52,132 nt of DNA from contig CAKZRD010000004.1 of the NCBI GenBank assembly GCA_937143345.1, forward strand, positions 1 to 52,132, written 5' to 3'. This DNA comes from an uncultured archaeon. Lineage in GTDB: Archaea; Nanobdellota; Nanobdellia; Pacearchaeales; GW2011-AR1. Below are positions 36,317-46,454 of this stretch, one piece after another. The first letter of the stretch is position 1. Every line of letters starts with the position of its first letter. The position numbers were made by a program, and so were the translations under genes. Below the pieces are notes generated by a model, which saw only the letters and a list, made by a program, of their open reading frames with translations, had not been told where the DNA came from and searched no databases.

Positions 36317-39300
36317 ATGGTGAATAAAAATAAAAAAAATTTTTTTGATAAGGAGCATGTTTTAGTTAAAACCTTTTTTAGAGATTATTCTGTTGCAGAA
36401 TCTAATTTAGCTTCTTTTAATGATTTTATAGAAAACAAAATACAAAAAATTGCAACAGAGATTAATGAAATGAATGAAGATGGAGAAGTAGAAATAAAAA
36501 TAAATAAAATAAAAATAGGAAAACCTTGCATAACTGAAGCAGACGGTTCTTTAAAATATATTACTCCGGCAGAAGCAAGATTAAGAGAGCTTACTTATTC
36601 TGCTCCGATTGATGCAGAGATAACAGTTAAATTTTCCGGGCATGTCGAAAATAGTAAAGTCGAAATAGGAAAAATACCTATATTAGTTAAGAGTAAAGCT
36701 TGCAATCTTTATGGGCTATCAAAAGAAGAATTAATTTTAAAATACGAAGATCCAAATGATAAAGGAGGTTATTTTATAATAAACGGCCATGAAAGGATAA
36801 TCAGAATGGGAGAGGATCTCGCTTCTAATCTTCCATTTATCGAAGAAATTTCAAATAAAAATTTAATATTAAGGTTATTCTCTCAAAGAGGTTCTTATAA
36901 GATACCTATATCAATAACAGAAAATAAAGAAGGGATTTTAGAGATATCTTTTTCAAGATTTAAAAAGATACCATTAATTGTTCTAATCAAAGCTTTAGGA
37001 ATTATATCTGAAAAAGAAATAACTGAATTGATTGGAAAAGAAAATGATAGTTTAATAGTTAATTTAAATGAATTTGTTACAATATCAAACCAAAAAAGTG
37101 CAATGTTAAAGCTTGCCGAAATAACTTCTTTAATTGGTACTGAAAAAGAAGTTTTAGAAAGAATAAAACAAAGAATTGATTCCTATCTTCTTCCCCATAT
37201 CGGAATAAACGAGAATTCAAGGATAGAAAAAGTTAAAACTCTTTGTAAATTAGTTAAAATTTTTTATTCAGCTAAAGAAAACCCTAAAGACAGTATAACA
37301 GATAAAGACAATTATTACAATAAAAGAGTAAGGCTTGCTGGAGATTTGATCGCAGATCTTTTTAGAGTGAACTTGAATATATTTTTAAAAGAAATAAAAA
37401 GCGCTTTACAAAAATCAGTTAAAAGAAGAAGTTTTTATTCTATAAAAACAATTGCGAAGTCAACTTTATTTTCTAACAGAGTAGAGTCTGCTATTGCTAC
37501 CGGTTCTTGGGTAGGTGAAAAAACAGGCGTAACTCATAATATGAAAAAAGATAATGGTTTTGCAATACTTTCTCAATTGCAGAAAGTTGTTTCTTCTTTG
37601 GCAGGAGAACAAGAGAATTTTGACGCAAGAACAGTTCACCCGACGCATTATGGTAGATTTTGCCCTATAGAAACACCCGAAGGAACAGAAATTGGTTTAA
37701 GAAAAAATTTAGCTATGCTCGCAAGAGTGTCAACAAAAACAGATTTTTCAGAAGAAAAATTGATTAAAATTATGAAAGAAAACGGATTAACAGAAGAAAA
37801 TAAAAAAGGAGATGTTTTTTTAAATGGAAAATTTGTTGGTTGTTGTGATTCTGTTAAAGAATTATTCTTTAATTTAAGAGATAAAAGAAGAAGAAATGTT
37901 ATTCCTTACGAGGTTGGGTTTAAGTTAGATGAAAAAATGAATACTCTTTTTATTTCAAGCGAGAGTGGTAGAGTTTTAAGACCTTTGATTGTTGTAGAAA
38001 AAGGAAAACCTAAATTGACTGAAAATCACTTAAACCTTCTTAAAGAAAATATTATCAAATGGGATGATTTAATAAGAGAAGGAGTTATTGATTATATAGA
38101 CGCAGGAGAAGAAGAAAACTCTTTATCAGCTCTTTATATAGAAGACTTAACAGAAAAACATGATTATCTTGAGATTGATGCCGTTGCTCAATTGGGAATT
38201 ATAACTTCTTTAGTTCCTTACGCAAATCACGACCAGTCAGCTCGTCTATTAAGAGGTAGTAAAACACAAACACAATCTGTAGGAATTTATAGTGCAAATT
38301 ATCCTTTAAGACTTGATACAACTGTTTCTATTTTAACTTACCCTCAGAAACCACTAGCAAGAAGCTTTATTTATGACAATATAAATGTTTATCCTGCCGG
38401 TCAAAATGTTGTTGTTGCAGTTCTTCCTTATGAAGGATATAACGTCGATGACGCAATAGTGATGAATAAAGGATCTATAGACAGGGGTCTTGCTAGAAGC
38501 ACATATTTCAAACCATACTTTTCAGCAGAATTGAATTATGCAGGAAGATTGAAAGATGAATTTTGTATTCCTGATAAAGATGTTTCTGGTTATAGAACAG
38601 AAGAGGATTACCGTTATTTAGAAGAAGACGGTTTAATTTATCCTGAAGCTAATGTTAAGGAGGGAGATGTTTTGATTGGAAAATTAAGTCCTCCAAAATT
38701 TTTATCTGATATGAAGGATTTGTCTATAAGAACAAAAAAAGAAAATAGCACGGTAGTGAAGCAAGAAGAAGAAGGAATAGTTGATGCTGTTTTTTTTACT
38801 CAGGACGAAGAAGGAAACAGAATTGCTGCTGTAAGATTAAGAGATTTAAGAATTCCTGAGTTAGGAGATAAATTTGCAACACCACATGGACAGAAAGGAG
38901 TTATAGGTTTGATCGCAGAAGAGGAAAATGTCCCTTTTTCTGTTAATGGAATAAAACCAGACATTATTTTTAATCCGCATGGTATTCCTTCTCGTATGAC
39001 CGCAGGTTATCTTTTAGAAGTTTTAGCTAGCAAAGTTGCTTCTTTAAGTGGTAAAATAGTAGATACAACACCTTTTTATGGGACAGAATTAGGAACATTA
39101 GAAGAGAGTCTTAAAAAATTAGGATTTAGATATGACGGAAAAGAAATAATGTACAATGCAATTAGTGGGGAAAGAATGGAAGTAAAAATTTTTATTGGAA
39201 CAGTGTATTATCTTAAACTTGGAAGAATGGTAAAAAATTTATTGCATGCCAGATCAACAGGAAAGATTGCTCTTTTAACAAGACAGCCGATAGAAGGAAG

Positions 39301-39598
39301 AGCAAAAGGTGGAGGATTGAGATTAGGAGAAATGGAACAGCAAGCACTAATCGGCCATGGTGCTTCTTTATTATTAAAAGAAAGATATAGCTCCGATAGG
39401 ACAATAATTTATGTTTGCACTAAATGTGGAAGTTTAGCTGTTAAAGACGAAATAAGAAAAAAGGATTATTGTCCTTCATGTGGATCTACACAGATTGAAC
39501 CAGTTGATGTATCTTATGCATTTAAACTTTTAGTAGAAGAATTACAAGCGATGCTTATACAAACTAAATTTGAATTAAAAAATAAATACGAAAGATAA
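36317..39598 (+). CDS. rpoB: RNA polymerase subunit B (unsplit Rpo2)
   Basis: GGYFIING, CPIETPEG, GYNVDDA, GDKFATPHGQKG, GGLRLGEME, C-terminal Zn ribbon. Confidence 0.98.
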   Translation: MVNKNKKNFFDKEHVLVKTFFRDYSVAESNLASFNDFIENKIQKIATEINEMNEDGEVEIKINKIKIGKPCITEADGSLKYITPAEARLRELTYSAPIDAEITVKFSGHVENSKVEIGKIPILVKSKACNLYGLSKEELILKYEDPNDKGGYFIINGHERIIRMGEDLASNLPFIEEISNKNLILRLFSQRGSYKIPISITENKEGILEISFSRFKKIPLIVLIKALGIISEKEITELIGKENDSLIVNLNEFVTISNQKSAMLKLAEITSLIGTEKEVLERIKQRIDSYLLPHIGINENSRIEKVKTLCKLVKIFYSAKENPKDSITDKDNYYNKRVRLAGDLIADLFRVNLNIFLKEIKSALQKSVKRRSFYSIKTIAKSTLFSNRVESAIATGSWVGEKTGVTHNMKKDNGFAILSQLQKVVSSLAGEQENFDARTVHPTHYGRFCPIETPEGTEIGLRKNLAMLARVSTKTDFSEEKLIKIMKENGLTEENKKGDVFLNGKFVGCCDSVKELFFNLRDKRRRNVIPYEVGFKLDEKMNTLFISSESGRVLRPLIVVEKGKPKLTENHLNLLKENIIKWDDLIREGVIDYIDAGEEENSLSALYIEDLTEKHDYLEIDAVAQLGIITSLVPYANHDQSARLLRGSKTQTQSVGIYSANYPLRLDTTVSILTYPQKPLARSFIYDNINVYPAGQNVVVAVLPYEGYNVDDAIVMNKGSIDRGLARSTYFKPYFSAELNYAGRLKDEFCIPDKDVSGYRTEEDYRYLEEDGLIYPEANVKEGDVLIGKLSPPKFLSDMKDLSIRTKKENSTVVKQEEEGIVDAVFFTQDEEGNRIAAVRLRDLRIPELGDKFATPHGQKGVIGLIAEEENVPFSVNGIKPDIIFNPHGIPSRMTAGYLLEVLASKVASLSGKIVDTTPFYGTELGTLEESLKKLGFRYDGKEIMYNAISGERMEVKIFIGTVYYLKLGRMVKNLLHARSTGKIALLTRQPIEGRAKGGGLRLGEMEQQALIGHGASLLLKERYSSDRTIIYVCTKCGSLAVKDEIRKKDYCPSCGSTQIEPVDVSYAFKLLVEELQAMLIQTKFELKNKYER

Positions 39599-39599
39599 A

Positions 39600-39767
39600 A
39601 TGGATGTATTTGAATTTTACAATAATAAAATAGGAGAGTATAGAATAGTTTATCTGGATTTAAAAAGAAGAATACCTATCTTTTTTGAAGAAGGTTGTGA
39701 AGGACTAGAAGGAAGAATTGATGAAAATCATTTTAGAGGTAATCAGAGGGAACATGGAGATAATTAA
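39600..39767 (+). CDS. Small hypothetical protein (55 aa) between rpoB and rpoA
   Basis: Manual translation MDVFEFYNNKIGEYRIVYLDLKRRIPIFFEEGCEGLEGRIDENHFRGNQREHGDN; starts 1 nt after the rpoB stop and overlaps the rpoA ATG. Confidence 0.55.
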   Translation: MDVFEFYNNKIGEYRIVYLDLKRRIPIFFEEGCEGLEGRIDENHFRGNQREHGDN

Positions 39768-42700
39768 AAAACAAATAAGAAGTTTGGGATTCAAATTAAT
39801 GAGTCCAGAAGAAATAAAGAAAATAGCAGTTGTTAAAGTTGTTACACCAGAACTTTATGATGTAGATGGTTATCCTGTAGACGGTGGTTTGATGGATTTA
39901 AAGATGGGTGCAATTGATCCAGGAGTTAGGTGTAGAACTTGTGGAGGAAAATTAAAAGAGTGTTTAGGGCATCCTGGAATGATAGAGTTGGCTAGACCAG
40001 TATTACACATAAAATACATTAATGTTATTGAAAGTTTGTTAAAAAGTTGTTGTGCTTCTTGTGGGAAAGTTCTTTTGACAGAAGAAGAAAGAAATAAAAT
40101 TAAAATTTTAAAAGATAGAATAAAAAAAGCAAAAAATGCAAAAAAATGTCCTTTTTGCGAGTTTATTAAAGAGGAAATAAAATTCGAAAAACCTTCTTTT
40201 TTCTTTTTGAATAAAAAAAGATTAAATCCTGAAGAAATAAGAGAAAGACTTCAAAAAATTGATGCAGAATCATTAAATATTTTAGGAATTAATCCAGAAA
40301 TTTTCAGGCCAGAGTGGGCTGTTTTAACATATCTTTTAGTCCCACCTGTTACAGTTAGACCATCCATTACTCTCGAAAGTGGCGAGAGAAGTGAAGACGA
40401 TATAACTCATAAATTATCTGATATAATAAGGGCAAATCAAAGATTATGGGAAAATTTAAATGCCGGAGCTCCAGAAGTTATCATTGAGGATTTATGGGAT
40501 TTGCTACAATATCATGTTACAACTTTTTTTGATAACTCAATTGCAAAAATACCTCCAGCAAGACATAGAAGTGGTCAGCCATTAAAAACAATAACTGAAA
40601 GAATTAAAGGAAAAGAAGGCAGAATAAGAAAAAATCTTGCTGGAAAAAGAGTTAATTTTTCTGCTAGAACAGCAATTTCTCCAGATCCAAAAATAAATAT
40701 AGACGAATTGGGTGTTCCTTTCGATGTAGCTAAAATTATTACTGTCAATGAAAAAGTAACAAAATACAATATAGATTTTATTAAAGAGATGATACTTAGT
40801 GATGGATATCCAAAAGTTTTAAACATTGTTAGGCCGGATGGAAAGAAAAAGAAAGTTATTGAAGAATTAAAAGAAGAATTGTCTAAAGAAATTGAAATCG
40901 GTTATTCTGTAGACAGGACTTTAATGGATGGAGATATTGTTTTATTTAATAGACATCCTTCCTTACATAGAGCTTCAATAATGGCTCATTATGTGAGGAT
41001 TTTATTTGGAAGAACTTTTAGATTACATCCTGCTGTTTGTCCTCCATACAATGCAGACTTCGATGGTGATGAGATGAATATTCACGGACCTCAAACAGAA
41101 GAAGCAAGATCAGAAGCAAAATATCTTTTGTCTGTTGAAAATTCTTTAATTTCTCCAAAGAACAATATGAATCTTTTAGGATGTAATGACGATGCAATAT
41201 TAGGAAATTATATTCTAACAAGAAAAAAATTTTCTCCAGAGGAAGCAAAACAACTTTATTATTCTTCTGTTAAATGTCCAGTAAAAATAAAAAAAGAAAT
41301 AGATGGAGAAAGTTTGTTTATGAAAGTCGTAGGTGATAATATAAAAATAAAAAGCGATATAAAAAATACAAAAAATATTACTTCTGAAGAGGGTGAAATA
41401 ATAAAAGAGATTGACAAATTTTTAGATGATAGAAAAGAAGTTTTAAGAATTATTGAAAGAATATATGATCTTGGAGCAACATTTTTGTCTAGGAATGGTT
41501 TTACTATTTCTCTTCATGATTTGTCCGTAGATGAAAAAATAAAAAAAGAGACGAAAGAAATTCTTGAGAAAGCTAATAAAAAAGTTTTAGAAATTATAGA
41601 ACAATACAATAATAAGACATTAGAAAGATTACCAAGTAAAACTCTTGAAGAAACAAGAGAAATAAAAATTTTGCAGGTTTTAAATTCTGTTAGAAGCGAT
41701 ATTGGTAAAATTGTTAAAGAAAAGTTTCCTAAGGAAAATCTTGCGAATCAAATGATAACATCTAAGGCTAGAGGGAATATTTTAAACATTACACAACTTT
41801 CTTGTTTAGTTGGGCAACAAGTTCTAAATGGAAGAAGAATAAACTTTGGTTATAAGGATAGATCATTAAGCTTCTTTGAAAAAGGAGATTTAAGTCCGAG
41901 GGCCAATGGATTTATAGAAAGTTCTTTTATCGAAGGTCTTGAGCCAGACGAGTTTTTTTTCGGAGCGATAACTGGAAGAGACGCTATGATGGATACAGCT
42001 TTAAGAACACCTAAATCAGGTTATCTTTACAGAAGATTAGTTTCAGCTTTGCAGGATTTAATTGTTGAATACGATGGAACAATAAGAGATGCTTCTGACA
42101 ACATAATTCAGTTTTCTTTCGGTGGAGACGGTTTAGATGTCCAGGGCTTACATAAAAAACAAAAGCTAATTCCAGGAGAGGCTATCGGTGTTGTCACTGC
42201 CCAATCATTCGGTGAAAGCTCCACACAAATGGTTTTAAATGTTTTTCACTCTGCCGGAGTTGCTGAAATGCAGGTTACACAAGGTTTGCCTCGTCTAATT
42301 GAAATTTTAGATGCAAGAAAAGAACCATCTACTCCTGTAATGGAAATTTATCTTGATTCAGAAAATAATAATGAAAAAGATGCTAAGAAAATTGCTGAAA
42401 GAATAAAAGAATTAAAAATTGAAGAGATAATTTCTGAGATAATTATTGATTTTTCTTCAAATAGTTTAGAAATATTTTTAGACAAGGACGCTATGAGAAG
42501 AGCAAATGTCTCAACAGAAAAAATTAAGGAAGCAATAAAGGAAAAATCAATTTCTTTAAAAGAAAAGGATAATTCAATTTTAGTAACTCTTAAAGAAAAT
42601 TTAGATTTTAAGAAGTTATACAAAATGAAAGAAAAAATAAAAAAGCTTCAAATTTCCGGAATAAAAGGAATAGATCAGGTTTTGTTAGTAAAAAAAGAAA

Positions 42701-43170
42701 AAGATTATGTTATTTTAACTTCCGGTTCTAATTTAAAAGAAGTTATTAAAGTTAAAGGCATAGATAAAAATAAAGTTTTCACAAATAATATACATGAAAT
42801 AAGAGAAGTTTTTGGGATAGAGGTAGCAAGACAAGTAATAATCAACGAAATACAAAAAGTTTTAATCTCACAAGGTCTCGACATCGATTATAGACATATT
42901 TCTCTTGTTGCTGATTCTATGACTTCTTTCGGAGTTGTAAAAGGTGTTACAAGAGTAGGAATTATTTCTAATAAAAGTTCTATTCTTGCTAGAGCTTGTT
43001 TTGAAACTCCAGACAAGCATTTTATTAATACTACTAAGACAGGGAAGAAAGACGATTTAACTTCTGTAGTAGAAAATGTTATGTTAAATCAAACAGTTCC
43101 TGTAGGAACTTGTCTCCCAGGTCTTTTAGTAAAAGTTAAAGGTAAATTATCAGTGAAGAGTGAAAAATGA
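39754..43170 (+). CDS. rpoA: RNA polymerase subunit A, fused A'+A''
   Basis: Clamp Zn motifs, YNADFDGDEMN, bridge helix TPKSGYLYRRL, then directly PGEAIG..TQM..FH, GLPRLIE, ARACFE of A''. ATG 39754 preferred. Confidence 0.96.
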   Translation: MEIIKKQIRSLGFKLMSPEEIKKIAVVKVVTPELYDVDGYPVDGGLMDLKMGAIDPGVRCRTCGGKLKECLGHPGMIELARPVLHIKYINVIESLLKSCCASCGKVLLTEEERNKIKILKDRIKKAKNAKKCPFCEFIKEEIKFEKPSFFFLNKKRLNPEEIRERLQKIDAESLNILGINPEIFRPEWAVLTYLLVPPVTVRPSITLESGERSEDDITHKLSDIIRANQRLWENLNAGAPEVIIEDLWDLLQYHVTTFFDNSIAKIPPARHRSGQPLKTITERIKGKEGRIRKNLAGKRVNFSARTAISPDPKINIDELGVPFDVAKIITVNEKVTKYNIDFIKEMILSDGYPKVLNIVRPDGKKKKVIEELKEELSKEIEIGYSVDRTLMDGDIVLFNRHPSLHRASIMAHYVRILFGRTFRLHPAVCPPYNADFDGDEMNIHGPQTEEARSEAKYLLSVENSLISPKNNMNLLGCNDDAILGNYILTRKKFSPEEAKQLYYSSVKCPVKIKKEIDGESLFMKVVGDNIKIKSDIKNTKNITSEEGEIIKEIDKFLDDRKEVLRIIERIYDLGATFLSRNGFTISLHDLSVDEKIKKETKEILEKANKKVLEIIEQYNNKTLERLPSKTLEETREIKILQVLNSVRSDIGKIVKEKFPKENLANQMITSKARGNILNITQLSCLVGQQVLNGRRINFGYKDRSLSFFEKGDLSPRANGFIESSFIEGLEPDEFFFGAITGRDAMMDTALRTPKSGYLYRRLVSALQDLIVEYDGTIRDASDNIIQFSFGGDGLDVQGLHKKQKLIPGEAIGVVTAQSFGESSTQMVLNVFHSAGVAEMQVTQGLPRLIEILDARKEPSTPVMEIYLDSENNNEKDAKKIAERIKELKIEEIISEIIIDFSSNSLEIFLDKDAMRRANVSTEKIKEAIKEKSISLKEKDNSILVTLKENLDFKKLYKMKEKIKKLQISGIKGIDQVLLVKKEKDYVILTSGSNLKEVIKVKGIDKNKVFTNNIHEIREVFGIEVARQVIINEIQKVLISQGLDIDYRHISLVADSMTSFGVVKGVTRVGIISNKSSILARACFETPDKHFINTTKTGKKDDLTSVVENVMLNQTVPVGTCLPGLLVKVKGKLSVKSEK

Positions 43171-43409
43171 GTTTTAAAGAATTAAAAGAAAATTATCTCA
43201 ACAAAAGATTAATCTTTGGTATTCGTGAAACTATAAAAAATGCGAAAAAAACAAAAAAATATAAAGTTTTTGTTTCTAAAGATGCAAGAGAGGAAACAAT
43301 AAAAAAATTAGAAGAAAATAAAATAAATTTTGAGTTTACAAAACCAAAAGAAGAAGTTGCCAAAGAGTTAAATCTAAAATTTTTATCAGAGGTTTATTTT
43401 ATAAAATAA
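43167..43409 (+). CDS. rpl30e: Divergent ribosomal protein L30e/L7Ae-fold protein
   Basis: LIFGIRETIK, VFVSKDA; syntenic between rpoA'' and nusA. Confidence 0.7.
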   Translation: MSFKELKENYLNKRLIFGIRETIKNAKKTKKYKVFVSKDAREETIKKLEENKINFEFTKPKEEVAKELNLKFLSEVYFIK

Positions 43410-43410
43410 T

Positions 43411-43833
43411 ATGAAGATAAATTTAAGTCTAAATTCTATCAGATATTTAAATCTTTTAGAAAAAATTTCTAGAGTTAAAGCCAAAAATTGCTTTTTTTAT
43501 AATAATTCTCTTATTTTTATAATTGAAAAAAAAGATTTTTCGAAAGCAATCGGAAAAAACGGAAAAAATATGAAAATATTAAGTTCAATATTAAAAAAAA
43601 GAGTTCGTCTGATATTTTTTCCAAAGAATAAAAAAGAAATAGAAAATTTTTTTGTGGAGCTTGTAAAACCAATAAAATTAGAAGAAATTAAATTAAAAAA
43701 TAATGAACTTTTTGTTAAAGGAGGATTAGAAGAGAGATCAATTATTATCGGAAGAAATAGAAAGGGAGAAAAAGAGATTTTAAGTATATTAAATGATTTT
43801 TTTGGTATAAAAAAAATAAATTTTATCAAATAG
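43411..43833 (+). CDS. nusA: Archaeal NusA
   Basis: KAIGKNGKN and IIGRN KH motifs; synteny. Confidence 0.9.
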   Translation: MKINLSLNSIRYLNLLEKISRVKAKNCFFYNNSLIFIIEKKDFSKAIGKNGKNMKILSSILKKRVRLIFFPKNKKEIENFFVELVKPIKLEEIKLKNNELFVKGGLEERSIIIGRNRKGEKEILSILNDFFGIKKINFIK

Positions 43834-43867
43834 GAAAATTTTTAAATAAACAAAAAAACAAATTGTT

Positions 43868-44284
43868 ATGGGATTAGTAAACGCAAGAAAATTAACTAAC
43901 ATAAGAAAAAAGAATCTAAAAAACCAGAAAGCATTTAGGAGAAAGAAATTAAAAATTAAATCAGATCCATTAAAAGGAAGTTCACAAGCAAAAGGAATAG
44001 TTGTTTCTAAATTTCAGATTGAAGCTAAACAGCCGAATTCTGCTTTAAGAAAATGTTGTAGGGTTCAATTAAAAAAAACAGGTCAAATTGTCGGAGCTTT
44101 TATTCCTGGAAATCTTGCCCAAAAATTTATTGATGAACACGATGAAGTTATAATAGAAAAAATTGGTGGAAAACAAGGAAAAACGAAAGGCGATCTTTCT
44201 GGAATAAGATATCAAGTTATTAAAGTAAACGACCAACCATTAAGACTGCTATGGAAGGGTAGAATAGAAAAAGGTAGAAGATGA
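43868..44284 (+). CDS. rps12: 30S ribosomal protein S12 (uS12)
   Basis: EAKQPNSALRKC, FIDEHDEV. Confidence 0.97.
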   Translation: MGLVNARKLTNIRKKNLKNQKAFRRKKLKIKSDPLKGSSQAKGIVVSKFQIEAKQPNSALRKCCRVQLKKTGQIVGAFIPGNLAQKFIDEHDEVIIEKIGGKQGKTKGDLSGIRYQVIKVNDQPLRLLWKGRIEKGRR

Positions 44285-44874
44285 AATTTAAAATTTTCGG
44301 AAAATACGAAACAGAAAACATCCAAGTTAATGATTTTGGATTAAAAAAAGTTATTAATTTAAAACCGAAATTAGTTTTAAAATCACATGGAAGAATAAAG
44401 TTTGATCCATCAAAATCAAAAGTAAACGTTGTTGAAAGATTAATAAATCTTCTTCAGGTTCCAGGTTCTAGAAGTAAAAAACATAGAATAATAACAAGTT
44501 GGCAAACAGGTAAGTTTTCAAAAAGCACTAAAATAGTTCTTGATGCGTTTAAATTAATCGAAGAAAAAACAAAAAAAAACCCTATCGAAGTTTTTGTTAA
44601 AGCAATAGAAAATACTTCTCCAAGAGACGAAGTTACTTCTATAGAATACGGTGGAGCAAGATATCCTAAAGCAGTCGATATTTCTCCAAGGAGAAGAGTT
44701 AATCTTGCTTTAAGGTTTATTGTTAATGGAGCATATGATAAAGCATTTGGAAAAAAAGTGACTATTGCAGAAGCATTAGCAAAAGAAATAATGGATTCCG
44801 CCGAAAATTCCGGTGAAAGTTATGCTGTTCAAAAAAAGAACGATTTAGAAAAACAGGCAGATTCTGCTAGATAA
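44281..44874 (+). CDS. rps7: 30S ribosomal protein S7 (uS7)
   Basis: VERLIN, NPIEV, EYGGARYPKAVDISPRRR, ADSAR. Confidence 0.97.
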   Translation: MKFKIFGKYETENIQVNDFGLKKVINLKPKLVLKSHGRIKFDPSKSKVNVVERLINLLQVPGSRSKKHRIITSWQTGKFSKSTKIVLDAFKLIEEKTKKNPIEVFVKAIENTSPRDEVTSIEYGGARYPKAVDISPRRRVNLALRFIVNGAYDKAFGKKVTIAEALAKEIMDSAENSGESYAVQKKNDLEKQADSAR

Positions 44875-44927
44875 AGTATATTTTTTTTAATAATCTTATT
44901 TAAAAACTGAAAAAGAGATTTTGTTTT

Positions 44928-45794
44928 ATGAAGGAATATTTAAGAATTTTAAGAAAAGTTGTTGAAGAAGGAAAAAGAAAAAAAACACGAACCGGTATTG
45001 ATAGTTTTTCTTTAGAAGGTTGTATTTTTGAACACGATATGTCAAGAGGTTTTCCTTTATTGACTACAAAAAAAATGTCTGCAAAATCAATCATGGTTGA
45101 ATTAGAAGGATTTATCAAAGGGATTACAGACAAAAGATGGTATCAGGAAAGAGGTTGTACAATTTGGGATGAATGGTGTAACCCTTTAATAGTCCCATAT
45201 GGTCAAGACGAAGAAACAAAAAGAAAAATGAAGGAAGAAAGAGATTTAGGTCCTATTTATGGTTTCCAATGGAGACATTTTGGAGCAAAATACGAAGGTT
45301 ATGACAAAGATTATACCCGACAAGGATTCGATCAATTAAAAAATCTTTTGGATATTTTAGAAAAAGAACCACATAGCAGAAGGATGATTGTGAGTAGTTG
45401 GAATCCATTAGATTTGGACAAAATGGCTTTACCGCCTTGTCATTATTGTTTTCAAGTTATTGTAGAAGGAAAAAAATTAAATCTTTTATGGAACCAGAGA
45501 TCAATAGATGTTCCGTTAGGTTTACCTTTCAATATAGCAAGTTATGGATTGCTTCTGCATTTATTAGCAAGACAGTTTTCTTTTGAAGAAGGAAAATTAA
45601 TTGGTTTTTTAGGAGATATTCATATTTATGAAAATCAATTAGAGATAGCAAAAGAACAATTAAAAAGAGAACCACTTGAATTACCAAGAGTTCAAACAGA
45701 AGGACCTCTTTCTGTTTTGGAATGGGAGCATAAAAATACAACTTTTTTAGATTACAAATCACACAATAAATTAAGTTATCCCATCGCGATATGA
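44928..45794 (+). CDS. thyA: Thymidylate synthase (bacterial type)
   Basis: RTG, FPLLTTK, LGPIYGFQWR, ALPPCH, QRS.D..LGLPFN, D.HIYENQ. Confidence 0.97.
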   Translation: MKEYLRILRKVVEEGKRKKTRTGIDSFSLEGCIFEHDMSRGFPLLTTKKMSAKSIMVELEGFIKGITDKRWYQERGCTIWDEWCNPLIVPYGQDEETKRKMKEERDLGPIYGFQWRHFGAKYEGYDKDYTRQGFDQLKNLLDILEKEPHSRRMIVSSWNPLDLDKMALPPCHYCFQVIVEGKKLNLLWNQRSIDVPLGLPFNIASYGLLLHLLARQFSFEEGKLIGFLGDIHIYENQLEIAKEQLKREPLELPRVQTEGPLSVLEWEHKNTTFLDYKSHNKLSYPIAI

Positions 45795-46258
45795 AAGAAC
45801 TTGTTTTAATAGTAGCAGTTTCAGAAAATAATGTTATTGGTTTTAATGGAAAAATTCCCTGGTTTATCCAAGAAGATCTCAAAAGATTTAGAAATTTAAC
45901 TCTTGGAAATAGCGTCGTTATGGGTAGAAAAACTTTTGAATCCATCGGAAAACCATTAGAAAAAAGACAAAATATTGTTTTAACAGAAAGAAATGACTTT
46001 TTTTACGAAGGCATTGAAATAGCACATTCTTTAGATGAAGCTTTAAGATTAGCCAACAGAGAAAAAGTTTTTTTTATAGGTGGGAGAAAAGTTTATGAAA
46101 ATGCATTAAATGTTGTAGACAGAATGGAGATAACTTTAGTAAGAGGAAGTTATGAAGGAGATATTTTTTTTCCGAGAATAAATTACGAAGATTGGTTGGA
46201 AAAAACAAGATTAGATAAAGAAGGTTATTCTTTTTTAACCTATATAAGAAAAAAATAA
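45791..46258 (+). CDS. folA: Dihydrofolate reductase
   Basis: IVAVSENNVIG..IPW..EDL, MGRKTFESIG, IGG, GDIFFP. Confidence 0.97.
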   Translation: MKELVLIVAVSENNVIGFNGKIPWFIQEDLKRFRNLTLGNSVVMGRKTFESIGKPLEKRQNIVLTERNDFFYEGIEIAHSLDEALRLANREKVFFIGGRKVYENALNVVDRMEITLVRGSYEGDIFFPRINYEDWLEKTRLDKEGYSFLTYIRKK

Positions 46259-46454
46259 CTCACAGGTTTATTGTTTTCGGAAGAATTAACGAGAATAGAA
46301 AATGCTTAAAAATAAAAAAAGGTATATTTTATTTAAAAAAATTCTTATTTAAGATTAGAAATTCTTTAAGAGATCTGTAAAGGAAGAAAAAATTTCGTTT
46401 AAAAACCAAAGATTTAAAAAGATAAAATTGTAAAAATAATTATTCTTGATTCTT

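Noticed and set aside
36317-43170. Inteins in RpoB/RpoA
   Set aside because: Proteins are normal or short in length, with no C...HN insertions seen.
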